A DNA stretch of 61,205 bases, counting the filler, from Chiloscyllium plagiosum (taxonomy: Eukaryota), in the NCBI RefSeq assembly GCF_004010195.1. It is 4 parts of one record of this genome, joined end to end, with 100 filler letters (N's around TTAATTAATTAA, not from the genome) between each part and the next. Parts side by side here need not be neighbours in the genome. Positions count along the whole stretch, not along the records: positions 1 to 12,218 come from NC_057717.1; positions 12,319 to 39,842 come from NC_057717.1; 2 more parts are not named here. One strand, 5' to 3'. The translations under genes were made by a program, and so were the position numbers. Position 1 is the first letter of the stretch. Each line of letters opens with the position of its first letter. Positions 1 to 12,833 of the stretch are shown here, one piece after another. The notes under the pieces are model-generated. The model saw only the letters and a program-made list of their open reading frames with translations, was not told the origin of the DNA and did no database searches.

Positions 1-19
1 CATCCTCTCCAGACTTTAC

Positions 20-89
20 TTACACACATACACAAACACACACACACACACACACACACACATAAACACAGTCTCACAGACACACACGC
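20..89. repeat. (CA)n microsatellite, imperfect
   Basis: Direct CA/ACAC run visible in sequence. Confidence 0.9.
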
Positions 90-94
90 AGGAG

Positions 95-320
95 GAAAAT
101 AATTTTTACCCGGTTAATGGGGGGAATCTGAAATGCACTGCCAGGAAGGATAGTTGAGGCAGAAAACCCCACAACATTTAAAAGTACTTGAATGAGCACC
201 TGAAATGTCATAATGTTTGAAGCTGTGAGCCAAGTAGTAGGGAATGGAAGTAATGTAGATTTAGTGTAGCTTTGTTAGTGCAGACTTGGTGAACCTAAGG
301 GTCCCTTTGGAACTCGGCCA
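95..320 (+). mobile_element. Old CR1-type LINE 3' end fragment
   Basis: Decayed match to the 3' ends of CR1 copies in this window (tggaatgcactgcc...acatttaaaaagtacttg...gaaggg). Confidence 0.55.
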
Positions 321-330
321 TTGAACCGAA

Positions 331-560
331 GAAAGTGAGGACTGCAGATGCTAGTGATCAGAGTCGAGAGTGTGGTGTTGGAAAAGCACTGCAGGTCAGG
401 CAGCATCCGAGGAGCGGGAGAATCGACGTTTCGGGCAAAAGCCCTTCATCGGGAATGAATGGCTGATACAGGGCTCCTAATGAAGGGTTTTTGCCGGAAA
501 TGTTGATTCTCCTGCTGCTTGGATGCTGCCTGACCTGCTGCGCTTTTCCAGCACTACACT
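331..560. mobile_element. Palindromic short Penelope-derived element (family B) with two head-to-head degenerate hammerhead motifs
   Basis: Left arm 331-456 (GAAAGTGAGGACTGCAGATGCT...AATCGACGTTTCGGGCAAAAGCCCTTCATCGGGAAT) is inverted in the right arm ~476-560; same family as 40571-40697. Confidence 0.8.
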
Positions 561-1114
561 TGCGACATGCATCCATTTGTCCTGTTTTCCTAGATTGAAT
601 GTAAGGAGGGGTAGGTGAGGACTCGAGATGAAGAGGAATATTTTGCCCAAATTTGTGATGGGGTATCTGGAATTTTCTGCTTTAAGGGTAGTTGAGTCAG
701 ACCCGTTAAATCGTATTTAGATATTCATTTGCATTGGACGAAGAGCTGAAAAATGGGTTTAATGTAATCGGCTCTTTATTAACTGGTGTAAATGCAATGA
801 ACCAAATGGCCACCTCTTGTGCTCTACATTTCTGAATCTATGAACCAGAGGGAGCAAAAATGAACATAGTCCATAGGCACCTTCAGGCAAGAGAGTGGAA
901 GCAGTGAGCGTGGAAATGAACCAGGCTCTGGGAAGAGGGACAATGGGAATGTAGGATGTAGTTCTGAGAATGTGAAGGATCTGGATATCCACACAGGGAG
1001 GGGGAAGAATGTGGCAGATCGTGTTTTTCAGCTTTCAGGGTGCAAGCAGGTTATTGCCTGAACTGAAATTCTATCCTTTCCTCACAATGAAGATATTTGT
1101 TTGACTTTTTTCAG

Positions 1115-2722
1115 GAGATTAGAAAGAAAGTACATGTTGACCGGGAGACTGCAACCAAATATTGTATCTGCGTCTGACAGTCACTCGATTCATCAGGAGC
1201 CAAGACTGTCGACCTTGAGTTTGGAGAAGAAAGGTTTGTCTGTTGGTAAAGGTTTCAATCATCCGTGTGCATGGAAAAGCACCAAGTGAGAATGTTCCAG
1301 CGCACTGACTGTGGAAAGAGCTTTAACCAGTTACTCAGCCTGTGATAAATCAGGGCCAGACACGTGTTGCGTTTGAGGCTTCAACTGATTCCTCAACCCG
1401 GAGAAATACAAGGGCATGGACCCCACGGAGAAGCCATGGAAATGTGGGAAGGGATACAGATCCCCCATCCCTTCTGGAAGTTCACCAATGCAGTCACACA
1501 GGGGAGCAGCTATTCACCTGCTTCCAGTCTGGGAAGGGAGTCACTCGGTCATCTGGTCTGTACAAGCACCAAAGAACACATTCTGGGGAGAAACCGTTCA
1601 GCTGCTCTGTGTGGAAAGGGATTCGCTCAGCTCGCCCACTTGCAAACACCCCAGCGGATTCACATGGATGAGAGATCCTCTAACTGCTGTCAGTGTGGGG
1701 GCTGGTTTAAAACCTCTGAAGGGCTGATCACACACCAGTTGATTCATACTGATACGCCATTCTGTTGCTCCAGATATGGCGAGAGGTTCCGGCAATCCTT
1801 TGAGCTTCTCGGGCATCAGTGGGTTCACACTAGGCAGGGATTCACCCAGTCCTCAGAGCTACGGGCGCACTAGCGAGGGCATGGCAAGGAGAGGCCATAT
1901 GCCTGTTCCAATTGTGGGAAGAACTTCATGAATTCTCCCAACCTGCTGCAACACCGGCAGGTTCACTCCGAGGAGCAGCCATTTCATTGTTCTGTGTGGT
2001 ATAGGATTCATGTACCCTTCACTGCTGGAAAGTCTTATGCGTAGCCACACCGGTGAGAGGCCTTTCATTTGCTCAAGGTGTGAAAAGGGATTCACTCTGT
2101 TATCAAGTTTGCAGATACACGAATGCGTCCACACAAGTGAGAAACCTTTTAAATGCTCTGGCTGCAGAAACAACTTCAAGAGCTCTGCAGAACCGACTGA
2201 GCAACGACGAGCTCAGGCAGACGGGAAACCGTTTCCTTCTTCCCATTGCGAGATGAGAATTAGGCAGTCTTCCCGTCTCGCCAAGCATGCACGAATTCAA
2301 ACCGGGACGTCTCCATTCACCTGCTCCGTGTGCACGAAGGGATTCACTCGTTCTTCAAACCTGTTGATGCACCAATGCACCCATGTCGGGGAGTGGCCGT
2401 TCTCCTGCATTGAGTGAGGAAAGAAATTTCCTCAGAAGTACAGGCTGCTAAGGCACCAGCACATGCACACCGGGGAGAGGCCGGACACCTGCTCCGAATG
2501 TAGAAAGCGTTTCCCAAATTCATCTGACCTTCTCACTCATCAGCACACTCTCACTGGGGGGAGACCGTTCCCCTGTTCTAAGCATGGTAAAGGATTTGGT
2601 TACACATTACAGCTTTACTGCGCTCTAGCGGATTCACACCAGAGACACCTTTCAACTGCACAGTGTGCTGGGAGGCATTCTCTCAACCATCTAATTTGTT
2701 GCGGCATCAGCAAGTTCACTAA
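1115..2722 (+). pseudogene. C2H2 zinc-finger array gene (terminal exon), disrupted
   Basis: About 17 finger-like units with HTGEKPF/HTGERPF linkers across ORFs 1342-1671, 1364-1873, 2010-2417, 2463-2738; in-frame stops (1871 TAG, 2415 TGA at a Cys position), frameshifts and lost Cys/His ligands; candidate splice acceptor TTTTTTCAG ending 1114. Confidence 0.85.
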
Positions 2723-2744
2723 CAACTGCAGGCCTTAGATCATA

Positions 2745-2996
2745 CCTAGAATTGAACCAACTCATTAATGAATCTGCAACCTGCAACGCATTCTAAAAGA
2801 TGAAAAACTCAACTGCAATCTAGATTTGTTCAATATATCGCATCAGTGTATGACACAATGACGTTTTGCTGTAAATTCTCTGTCCTGTGATCCTACTCCA
2901 CTAACCACCTGATGAAGGAGCAGTGCTCCGAAAGCTCGTGCTTCCAAATAAACTGTTTGAATATAACCGGGTATTGTGTGATTTTTAACTTTGTAA
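2745..2996 (+). mobile_element. Penelope-like element terminal repeat (pLTR) fragment, family A
   Basis: Homologous to the region following the GIY-YIG ORF (32880-33165) and to 39943-40227; carries the hammerhead motif. Confidence 0.75.
2906..2940 (+). ncRNA. Minimal type I hammerhead ribozyme motif (family A)
   Basis: CAC-CTGATGA-A-GGAGC(agt)GCTCC-GAAA-GCTC^GTG: conserved core, 5-bp stem II, palindromic AGCU in place of stem III, CAC/GTG stem I; predicted cleavage after C2937. Confidence 0.75.
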
Positions 2997-3550
2997 AACT
3001 AGGCCTTAGTCGGATGACACCTTGAAAACTGCACAATTTTGGTCTACTCAAGTAAGGAAAGATATACTGACATTTTAAGCAGTTCAGGCTCACCAGGTTG
3101 TTACCTGGTCTGGCGGGATTTTCTTATGAGGAGAGGTTGAGTAGCTTGGGCCTGTACTTATTGAAAAATGTAAGATTCTTATGGGCTGGTCAGGATAGAT
3201 GTGGCAAGGTTGTTTCTCACTGTGGGACAATCTAGGACCAGAGTGGATAATTTCAGAGGATGGAGTCATAGACGTCTACAGCACGGAAACATGCCCTTCA
3301 GTCTAACTTACCCATGCTGCCCAGTTTTCAGAGTTAATCTAGTCCCACTTGCTTGTGTTTGACCATATCCCTTCATCCCTGTCCCATCCATATATCTGTC
3401 TAAATGTTTCTTAAAAGACAAAATTGTCTTCACTTCCACCACTACCTCTAGCAGTGTGTTCCATACACACCACCATCTGTGCAAACAAATTGCCCACTGG
3501 ACTCTTTTGTATCTCTCTCCTCTCACCTTAAACCTTTGCCTATCGTTTAA
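2997..3550. mobile_element. Two CR1 3' fragments in opposite orientation (2997-~3262 plus, ~3265-3550 minus)
   Basis: Decayed ORF2 C-terminal segment on plus; minus ORF 3308-3574 FKVRGERYK...VWNTLLEVVVE...FKKHLDRYMD is the CR1 ORF2 end. Confidence 0.75.
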
Positions 3551-3829
3551 TGTTCCCATAGGTAAGTAGGGCACCGGCTGGATTGATTGCCAGGTAGAAA
3601 GGGGTACATTGTGAGGTGCTGGAATTATAGGGTGCCAGGGTACCAGGTTACATTGGTAATTGGGTAGGGTGGTGGGTGGGGAAGTAGTAGGCTGTCACAA
3701 TTTGAATACTTAGACAGCATTTGTCTCCCTACTTAATAACTAATTTGCTAGCCAAGTAGGTGCCAGCTGGGTAGAGATATATAGGCAGCTGATTAGGAGG
3801 CCAGATGTAAATGGAGTAGTTCACCAGGA

Positions 3830-6065
3830 GCTAGATTTGGATGTAGGTGAGCACTTTGGCGGTAGTGACCACAATTCGGTAATGTTTACAATAGTAATGG
3901 GCAGAGATAGGTATATGCTGCAGGGAAACCAGTAAAGTTGAGGGGAAGGCAATTATAATGCGATTAGGCAAGATTTAGGATGCATAGAATGGGGAAGGAA
4001 ACTGCAGGGGTTGGACACACTTGAAATATGGAGCCTATTCAAGGAACAGCTACTATGGATCCTTGATGAGTATATACTTATCAGGCAGGGACATAGTTGT
4101 CGCGAGAGGGAGCCATGGTTTATGAAAGAAGTTGAAGCTCTTGTCACGAGAAAGAAGAAGGTTTATGTGAGGATGAGGTGTGAAGGCTCAGTTAGAGGGC
4201 GTGAGAGTTACAAGTTAGCCAGAAAAGATCTAAAGCTAAGAAAAGCCAGGAGAGGACATGAGAAGTTGTTGATGCTTAGGATTAAGGAAAAACTAAGGAT
4301 GGCTATAGATATATCAGGAATAAAACATGTTTAGAGTAAGATTAGAGACAATCAAAGACAGTTGTGGAATCTGAGGGCATAGGGGAAGCACTTAATGAAT
4401 ATTTTTTGTCAGTATTCACTTTGGATCAGGGCAATGTTAATGAGAATACGGAGATACAGGCTACTAAATTAGATGGGATTACAGTTGACAAAGAGGAGGC
4501 ATTAGCAGTTTTGGAAGATCTGAAAATAGATAAGACTTGTGGGCCGGATGAGATTTATCCTTTGATTCTCTGGAGGCCAGGGAGGAGATTGCAGAGGCTT
4601 TGGCTTTGATCTTTGTCATCATTAGCAACAGGAGTACTGCCTGAAGACTGGAGGATTGTGAATGTTGTTCCCTTGTTTAAAAAGGGGAGTCGGGGACAAC
4701 CCTGGTAATTATAGGTCAGTGAGCCTAACTTAGGTTCTGGGTAATGTGTTGGAAAAGGTTATAAGAGATGGGATTTATAATCATCTGGAAAGGAATAATT
4801 TGATTAGGGATAGTCAATGTGGTTTTGCAAAGGGTAGATCATGCCTAACTGAACCTTATTGAGTTCTTCAAGAAGGTGACAAAACAGGTGGATGAAGGTA
4901 AAGCAGTTGATGTGGTGTATATGGATTTCAGTAAGGCGTTTGACAAGGTTCCACATGGTAGGCTATTGCACAAAATATGGCATTTCGAGATTAAAGGTGG
5001 TTTTTTGGTTTGGATCAGAAATTGGCTAGTTGAAGGAAGAGGTGGTGGTGGTTGATGAGAAATGTCCATCCTGGAGTTCAGTTACCAGTGGTGTACCGCG
5101 AGGATCTGTTTTGGGACCACTGCCGTTTGTCATTTTTATAAATGATCTGGATGTGGGCGTAGAAGGATGGGTTAGTAAATTTACGGATGACACTAATTTT
5201 GGCAGTGTTGTGGATAGTGCCAAAAGATGTTGTCAGTTACAGAAAGACATAGATAATTTTCAGAGCTGGGCTGAGAAGTGATAAATGGAGTTTAATGCAG
5301 AAAAGTGTGAGGTAGTTCACTTTGGAAGAAGTAATAGGAATGCAGAGAACTGGGCTCATGGTAAAATTCTTGGCAGTGCAAATGAACAGCGATCTCTCTC
5401 TGTCCAGGTGCATAAATTACTGAAAGTTGCCACCCAGGTTGATAGGTTTGTTGAGAAGGTGTGTGGGGTGTTAGCATTTATTGGAAAGGGGATTGAGTTT
5501 CGGAGCCACGAGGTCATGCTTCAGCTGCACAAGACACTGGTATGGCCATACCTGGAGTATTGTATAACGTTCTGGTCACCACAATAAGGAAAGATGTGGA
5601 AGCTTTGGAATGGGTTCAGAAGAGATTTGCTAGGATTTTGCCTGGTATGGAAGGAAGGCCTTATGAGGAAAGGCTAAGGGAACTAAGGCGGTTTTCATTG
5701 GAGAGAAGAAGGTAGAGAAGTGACTTAATTGAGATATAAGATAATCAGAGGGTAAAATAGAGTGCACAGTGAGAGCCTTTTCCCTTGGATAGTGAAGGCT
5801 AGCACGAGGGGACATAGTTTTAAATTGAGGGGTGTTAGATTTAGGACAGATATCGGGGTAGTTTCTTTATGCAGGGAATAGTAGGGGCATGGAGTGGCCT
5901 GCCTGCAACAGTAGTAGACTTGCTGATGTTAAGGGTGTTTAAATGGTCAGTGGACATACATATGGATAATAATGGAATGGTAGATTAGATGGGCATCCGA
6001 TTAATTTCATGTTGGTGCAACATCAAGGGTCAAAGGGCCTGTACTGTGCTGTAACATCCTATGAA
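3830..6065 (+). mobile_element. CR1 LINE, 5'-truncated, ORF2 (reverse transcriptase) disrupted
   Basis: ORF fragments with [54 protein letters not shown]; 3' tail ...gggcctgtactgtgctgtaa. Confidence 0.95.
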
Positions 6066-6189
6066 GTGTGGTACTATTAAATATAATTGAAGTTATAGGT
6101 TTTTAATGTTTAATGGTGGATACCATTGCCAATAACTTGTAATGTAATGACGTGGAGGAAGGACCGGAAAGTATCAGAAATAAATTGTT

Positions 6190-7030
6190 TGACAGTGAGG
6201 GGTGGGCAGACTTGAGATACAAAGTAATGAAATTTTCCACTTGAATACAGAAATACAACATGAAATTCAATTCCGAGAGAAATGAAGTGGTGCTGTTGGG
6301 CAGGGCAAACAAGGCAAAGGATTATATAATAAATCGTAGGACACTGGGATGCCCTGAGGATCAGAGGAAATTTGGTTTGCACGCACACCAATTGCTTAAG
6401 GGATCAAGAGAGATGGGTAAAGTAATAAAGCATATGGTATACTTTTCTTTATTAGTGGAGACAGAGAATTTAACAGCAGGGAGGTGATGCTGGAATCTAC
6501 AAAACTTTGGTTCAACAATAGCTAGAGTATTGCGTGCATTTCTCAAATCCACATTATGGGAGGGATGTGGTAGCATTGGAGATGTTGCAGAAATTTACTG
6601 CAAAGTCGCATGGGTTGGAGAGTTTCAGTCATAACAATTGGGTTTGCTTTCCCTGGAGAAGAGGGAACATGGTAGAGATTTCAAAACCTATGACGAGCAT
6701 AGATAAGATAGACAGGGAGAAATTGTCGTCGTTGAAGGGGTCAATGACTGGGAGAAAAGGCTTAAGTGGCAATGTGCGAAAAATCTTTTCACCTGGAGAG
6801 TTGAGGAGATCTGGAACTTTCCGCTTGCAAGGGTGTCACAAGTGTGTCATGGAGATCTACAGCACAGAAAAAGGCCTTCAACCATCACATCTGCGTCTGT
6901 CACAAATACCTAACTATGTGATCCCATTTTCCAGCAATTTCCCTTTTGCTTTGTATGCTTATCGTTGCAAGTGCTCATCTAAATGCTTCTTAAATGTTAT
7001 GGGAGCCTCTACCTGTACCTGCTGGACATA
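6190..7030. mobile_element. Old CR1 ORF2 3' fragments (plus ~6190-6830, minus ~6845-7030)
   Basis: ORF 6260-6487 MKFNSERNEVVLLGRANKAKDYIIN resembles CR1 ORF2 C-terminal region; minus fragment resembles CR1 3' tail. Confidence 0.7.
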
Positions 7031-8081
7031 GACTGTGCTGTAGATCTCTATGACAATGACTATAAAACAAAACTAACATAGTAACATAAGAAAGGAACAT
7101 AAGGGAAGGAAGTTGTGTAGAATTGGCAGAAGATCATTTCAGGAATCACCATTGTAACAAATAATGTGCTATTCACTACAAGCTCAGTAATTCTTCCAAA
7201 GATCTAAACATTCATTCTGAGCATTTTTGGCATAATGGTAGTATCCCTACCTCTGGGGCGCATGTTCTTAGTTTAAGTCCCACCTGTTCTGAGTAGGTTG
7301 ATTATGGAAAAGGTACATCCAACCAATTTTTACACCAAACAGGAAAGCATAACGTTTGCACTACCCACCTTTTAGGTGAGATGGCCAGGCTAAAGTCCCA
7401 CTTGCCCAAGAGATGTGAAGTAACGTGTCCATACAACATGATTTAATATGCATGCAGCATGTCTCCAATATCTTACATTATTACAACAATGCAACACAAT
7501 GATATTCAGTTGACTGAGAAATCATAGCCATTAGCTTAGAATCATCATAGTGAGCCAGAAGTTATATCTTCAAATTTCACTAACTCCAAAAGTGTGTCAC
7601 AGCTTGCCCAAACAGATTGATAATGATTTTATTCAGAGATTTATTACGTACAACTGGATAAGTCTCAGCCATCCACTGGCACAACACTCTTCTGTCCCAC
7701 TAGGAGGCAGAACATTCTTGGCTATTGCTACTTAATCGTCAATGATACTGACCGCTCCATACCCTGTTCATACTTTGATCAGTAAAAGTCAGATCACAGC
7801 GCTGTGTTTCTCCTCCCATTTTACAAGCAGAAGTTGAAACATGATGGTCCAGCAGAGAAAGTAGAGCAATGCTGGTCTGAGGCAGCAGAAGAGCTTCTAT
7901 CGGACTGCTTGGAATCAGTGGACTGGTCTGTATTCAAGAATGTTGTGGCCAACCTCTGTGAATATGCCATTACTGTCACGAACTTCACTCACATATGTGG
8001 AGAGGCCTGCTTGCCAAAGAAGTCAATCCCTTATGTTCACCAACCAGAAATCATGCATAAACAGAGAAATCCATTGCCTAC

Positions 8082-8795
8082 TGTTATGAAGGTATAGATG
8101 CGTACTGTACCTTTAAGACAGAGTGAAAGCTGGGAATAGCTGACTGAAAGCAGAGTGTGCTGAACAATTTAAACATGTAACGTTTGGCTGTGAAACAAAT
8201 AGCTGGAGTTGGGTTGCCATGGTACACAACAAATTCGAACTTGGTCAATCAGTTTAAATTATGCCCAAGATACCAAAATCCAATAGAATGTTACTATTTT
8301 TGATGACATGAAACCTCTGAAACAGTCTGATGTTTTGTAGTATAAAATCCAGCATTTTGAACAATTAGCCAGCGCGCAAAGAGACTGTACCCACAGAATC
8401 ACTTGCTGAAAGGTACCTTTTCATATGAAATCTGTGGAGTGGAAGACCAAAGAAAAGAAAACAGGAAAATATACGGCAGAAGATCGACCCAGTTGACTGG
8501 TTTTGAAATTAGAATTTTTGTTAAACTTAATCAGGGTGTTTTATTGGATCAGTATATTGTTTTAGAGTGGGAGGTAGATAAATTGATCTGACAAAGGAGG
8601 ATTACAGTGTAGATAGTTGTTGTTTAAAGTTCTTGTGTTTCTTGGAGTAAAACGTAAGTTGTTATTTTTATTCCTTACATACATGGATTTTTGTAGTTCT
8701 TTGTCTCCCTCATAATTTAATAAACTATGAGGCGAGGTGAGCCTTTCAGAGTGCCTTGTTTAAATTAGCAGAAGGGTTTACTCCGTGTCGTAACA
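8082..8795. mobile_element. Solo LTR (714 bp) with 4-bp TSD
   Basis: Termini TGTTATGA...TCGTAACA (7/8 inverted match), flanked by CTAC at 8078-8081 and 8796-8799; interrupts the Rex1-type element. Confidence 0.85.
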
Positions 8796-9280
8796 CTACT
8801 GAAGAACAGGCAATGTTGACCCTGGCTCTGACAGGATGCCCTGATATGACCTCCACAAGTCCATCAGAAATGTGAGGAGGCAATAGACTAAGTTAGAGAT
8901 CCAAACTAACCACATGGACACCCTTCATCTGTGGTAAGGCCAACATGACATAACTGAGTACAAAATGAAGCATAACAGAAAAGCAGACAAAAAATATCTC
9001 CCTCCCTAATGCACTTTCTCCTTGATTCAAACAGAAGGTCTGTGAAACAATCTCACCTGCCCTGACAGTCTCAGATGTACCTGTTCCTTCAGTCACCACT
9101 GCAGACATCAGATCTGCCTTCTTGAGAGTGAAACCTTGGGAAGCAGCTGGCACAGCTTGACTCCTCAGCCATGCATTCAGATCCTTTGCAGACCAGACTG
9201 GCAGGAGTATTCACTGACATCTTTAAACTCTCATTGCTTTGATCTGAAATCCTCACCACTTTAAGAAGGTCACTGTATTA

Positions 9281-9572
9281 GTGGCACAGTGGTTAGCCCT
9301 GCTTCCTCACAGCACCAGAAACCTGGGTTCAATCCCCACCTCAGGCGACTCTCTGTGTGGAGTTTGCACATTCTCCCTGTGTCTGCGTGAGTTTCCTCTG
9401 GGTGCTCCGGTTTCCTCCCACAATCTAAAATTGTGCAGGTTAGGTGAATTGGCAAGGCTAAATTGCCCGTAGTGGAAGGGGAGTGGGTCTGGGTGATTTG
9501 CGCTTCGGCGGGTCGGTGTGGACTTGTTGGGCCGAAGGGCCTGTTTCCACACTCTAAGTAATCTAATCTAAA
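9281..9572 (+). mobile_element. tRNA-derived V-SINE (HE1-type)
   Basis: A/B boxes (GTGGCACAGTGG, GGTTCAATCCC), V-domain TGTGTGGAGTTTGCACATTCTCCC...GGTTTCCTCCCACA, (TAATC)n tail. Confidence 0.9.
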
Positions 9573-12016
9573 AATAAACCACATTTTGTGCCTCAACCAC
9601 TGCTAGGTGGCTCTGGACTCCACGATTATGAAGTCCTTCAAGAGGTTAGTCATGGCTCATATCCCCTCTAGTCCCCAAACCCTTGCAATTTGCCTACCTT
9701 CGCAACAGGTTCACGGCAGAGAAAATTTCCCTGGCCCTACATTCATCTGTGGGACATCTGGATAATAAAGGAAACAATGTTAGGCTTCTACTTATTGACT
9801 ACTGCTCCGCCTTCAACGCAATAATCACAACCAAACTAATTTCCAAACTCTGAGAGCTAGGTCTCTCCTCTGTCATCTGCAACTGGATCCTGTGCTTCCA
9901 GACCCACAGACCACAATCAGTGAAGATATACAACAGCACCTCCTCCACGACAATCCTCAACACTGACGCCCCACAAGGATGCGTACTCAGTCCCCTACTG
10001 TACTCCTTGTACACTCATGAATGTCTGGCCAAATTTAATCTGAACTCCATCACAAATTTGCTGATGACACCACTGTTGTAGGCCGGATATCAAACACTGA
10101 CAAGACAGAATATAGGGAAGAGAGTGTTTGATGACATGGTGCAAAGAAAGCAGAATCTCCCTCAATGTCAGTAAAATTATGGAGCTGATCATCAACCTGC
10201 AGAAGCAAGGAGGAGGGTGCACCCCTATCTGCAACAATGGAGATGGTCAAGAGTGTCAAGTTCCGAGGAGTGATGATTTACAACACTCTGACCTGGAACA
10301 CTCCTGTTGACGCTACAGCCAAGATGACACAACAACTCATCTTTTCCGTCAGGAGGCTAAAGAAATTCAGCATGTCCATAAGAACTCTCACCAAGCTTTA
10401 TAGATGCACCATGGAAAGCATTCTATCTGGATGTATCACAGCTTGATATGGCAACTGTTCTGCCCAGGACTCTAAGAAACTACAGAAAGTTGTGAACACA
10501 GCCCAGACCATTGTGCAAGTTAACCTTCCATCCATTAATTCCATCTACACTTCTTGATGTCTCGGAATGGCAGTCAACATCATCAAAGACTGTCCCACCT
10601 TGGTTATAATCTTTTCCAAACTCTTCCATCAGACAGAAGATATGAAAGCTTAAAGATACATACCAACAATATGAAAAATAGGTTCTTCTCTGCTCTTATT
10701 AGACTTTTGCATTGACCTCTCAAGTTTCAAGTCTAACATTGATCTTGATTTTCGTGTATCTTCTTTGCAGCGGTAACTTCGTATTCCTTGCTCTGTTCAA
10801 TTACTTTTCGATCTTTGTTAATCATGATTTACCTGTAGTGCATGCAAAATAAAGCTTTTCACTGTACTTAGGTACATATCACAATAACAAATAAAATCAA
10901 GTAAATTGAACTATAATCAATCTGTTCAATGGTGTTATTACACACCATTGGAGCAAGGTGGGGTTTGAGGCCAGGCTTGATGTTCCAGCAGTTGGGATAC
11001 ATCACGACTTCATAAGATCCCTGTGCCACATTCTTCCTATATGCTTGAATACAAATAACAGGCTTTTCACATAGTAAGATTTTTCTCTGGTCTTACCCAA
11101 TGCTGTAAATCAGTTGCACACATGGGATAGAAGGGCAATTGCTTTTTTCATTGCATTCACAGTACAATACATCACAGGATGAGACCATTTCGCTTTTCAG
11201 GTCGTTGAAAGAACTAAACAACTAATCTGCTTATCCTAACCTTAAACCAGAGCCATAGCATTGTTCCACAATTATTGACTTAATTCCATTCTTACAGCTA
11301 TCATTGGCCCTATTTCCAACATTGAGGTGGTGTGTTTCAGAATATAGAATACTCAGTGTGTCAAATAGAACACCTACTCTCCTCTATGGTTCAGTGTGAA
11401 TCAAGTTAACGCAGCGTCTCCTGTTAAGCAGCCCACATCATGGAGCATAATTCTGCTTACTTATTTGAACAAATTCCTTCAGTCTTCTCACATCATATTC
11501 TAATGCCAAGTTTTTGTCTGCTGAAGTAACCCATCTACATCCCTCTGTAGACTCTGTGCTATATGTACCACTTGCCTGCCCACCTATTTTGTTGTCATTT
11601 ACGTACTTGATGATCCTCCCCCATCCAAGTCATTCATATAAACTGTAAATAATTGGTTCCCAGCATAGATTCCCGTAACACTCCAGTAGACACAGGCTGT
11701 CATTTTGAAAATGTGTAACAGACAAAGACATAAGCTCTCCATTGAGGAATAGTGGCATAAAGTTTAGGATAACTTCCTTATTTTCATGCTCTATAATTAT
11801 TTATCAAGTCAAATATCATAATTCAATAATTTTTAATACAACTGTACTTGTAATAACAAAGAAATATTCACATATAACCCATATTTTCATGCATGCTATT
11901 CATAATCATGTTTTAATTTGAGCTCTAATTCCTTCATTCTTCATTCTAATTTGATACTTCATACTTCTGTCTCTTCATTTAAGAAACTGTTATTACCTTC
12001 AGCAACTTGTTACAAT

Positions 12017-12770
12017 AGAACATAGAACAAATAGAACATAGAACAAAACAGCACAGAACAGGCCCTTCGGCCCACGATGTTGTGCCGAACATTTGTCCTA
12101 GCTTAAGCACCCATCCATGTACCTATCCAATTGCCGCTTAAAGGTCACCAAAGATTCTGACTCTACCACTCCCACAGGCAGCACATTCCATGCCCCCACC
12201 ACTCTCAGGGTAAAGAACNNNNNNNNNNNNNNNNNNNNNNNNNNNNNNNNNNNNNNNNNNNNTTAATTAATTAANNNNNNNNNNNNNNNNNNNNNNNNNN
12301 NNNNNNNNNNNNNNNNNNTGCTTGTACAGGTCCCACCTTCCACAGAATGCAGTACAATTGTTCAAATACCTGAAGCCCTCCCTCCTACACCATCCTTGCA
12401 GCCACGTGTTCAACTGCACTCTCTCCCTATTCCTTGCCTCACTGTCACGTGGCACCGGCAACAACCCAGAGATGACGACTCTGTCTGTCCTAGCTTTCAG
12501 CTTCCAGCCTAACTCCCTGAGCTCTTGAATGACCTCCCCACCTCTCTTCCTACTTATGTCGTTGGTGACAACGTGCACCACGACTTCTGGCTGCACACCC
12601 TCCCCCTTAAGGATTCTGAAGACACTGTCCGAGATGTCTCGGACCCTGGCACCCAGGAGGCAACAAACCATCCGAGAGTCTCGCCCATGCCCACAGAACC
12701 GCCTGTCCGTCCCTCTAACTAGAGAGTCTCCTATAACTAGCGCTCTCCTCCTCTCCCCCTTTCCCTTCTG
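12017..12770 (-). mobile_element. Young CR1 LINE spanning an assembly gap: 3' end (12017-12218) and ORF1 SGNH/GDSL esterase region (~12318-12770)
   Basis: TATGTTC-like repeated tail; ORF 12267-12818 LVIGDSLVRG...GARVRD...VHVVTND...NTWL matches esterase blocks of CR1 ORF1; highly similar to the ends of 15279-18325. Confidence 0.9.
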
Positions 12771-12833
12771 AATACTCTTAGTTATCAACAGTATTGTTGA
12801 ATTCCACGGCATTTGCACAGGTTGAAATGAAAT

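Larger units (their letters stand above)
7690..10900 (+). mobile_element. Rex1/Babar-type LINE, decayed, interrupted by a solo LTR (8082-8795) and a SINE (9281-9572)
   Basis: Peptides [72 protein letters not shown]; 3' tail cttttcactgtac...aataa. Confidence 0.8.

Noticed and set aside
331..560. Palindromic elements as DNA-transposon MITEs
   Set aside because: Arms are unequal, single-arm copies exist, TSDs are long and variable (11-17 bp), and the centre carries hammerhead motifs, all fitting a Penelope-type origin better.
1342..2738. ZNF ORFs as an intact gene
   Set aside because: Nonsense codons and many lost zinc ligands accompany the frameshifts, which indel sequencing errors alone would not explain.
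12219..12318. TTAATTAATTAA embedded in N runs (also 39887-39898 and 48373-48384)
   Set aside because: Identical six-frame-stop spacer centred in equal-sized gaps; an assembly artefact.
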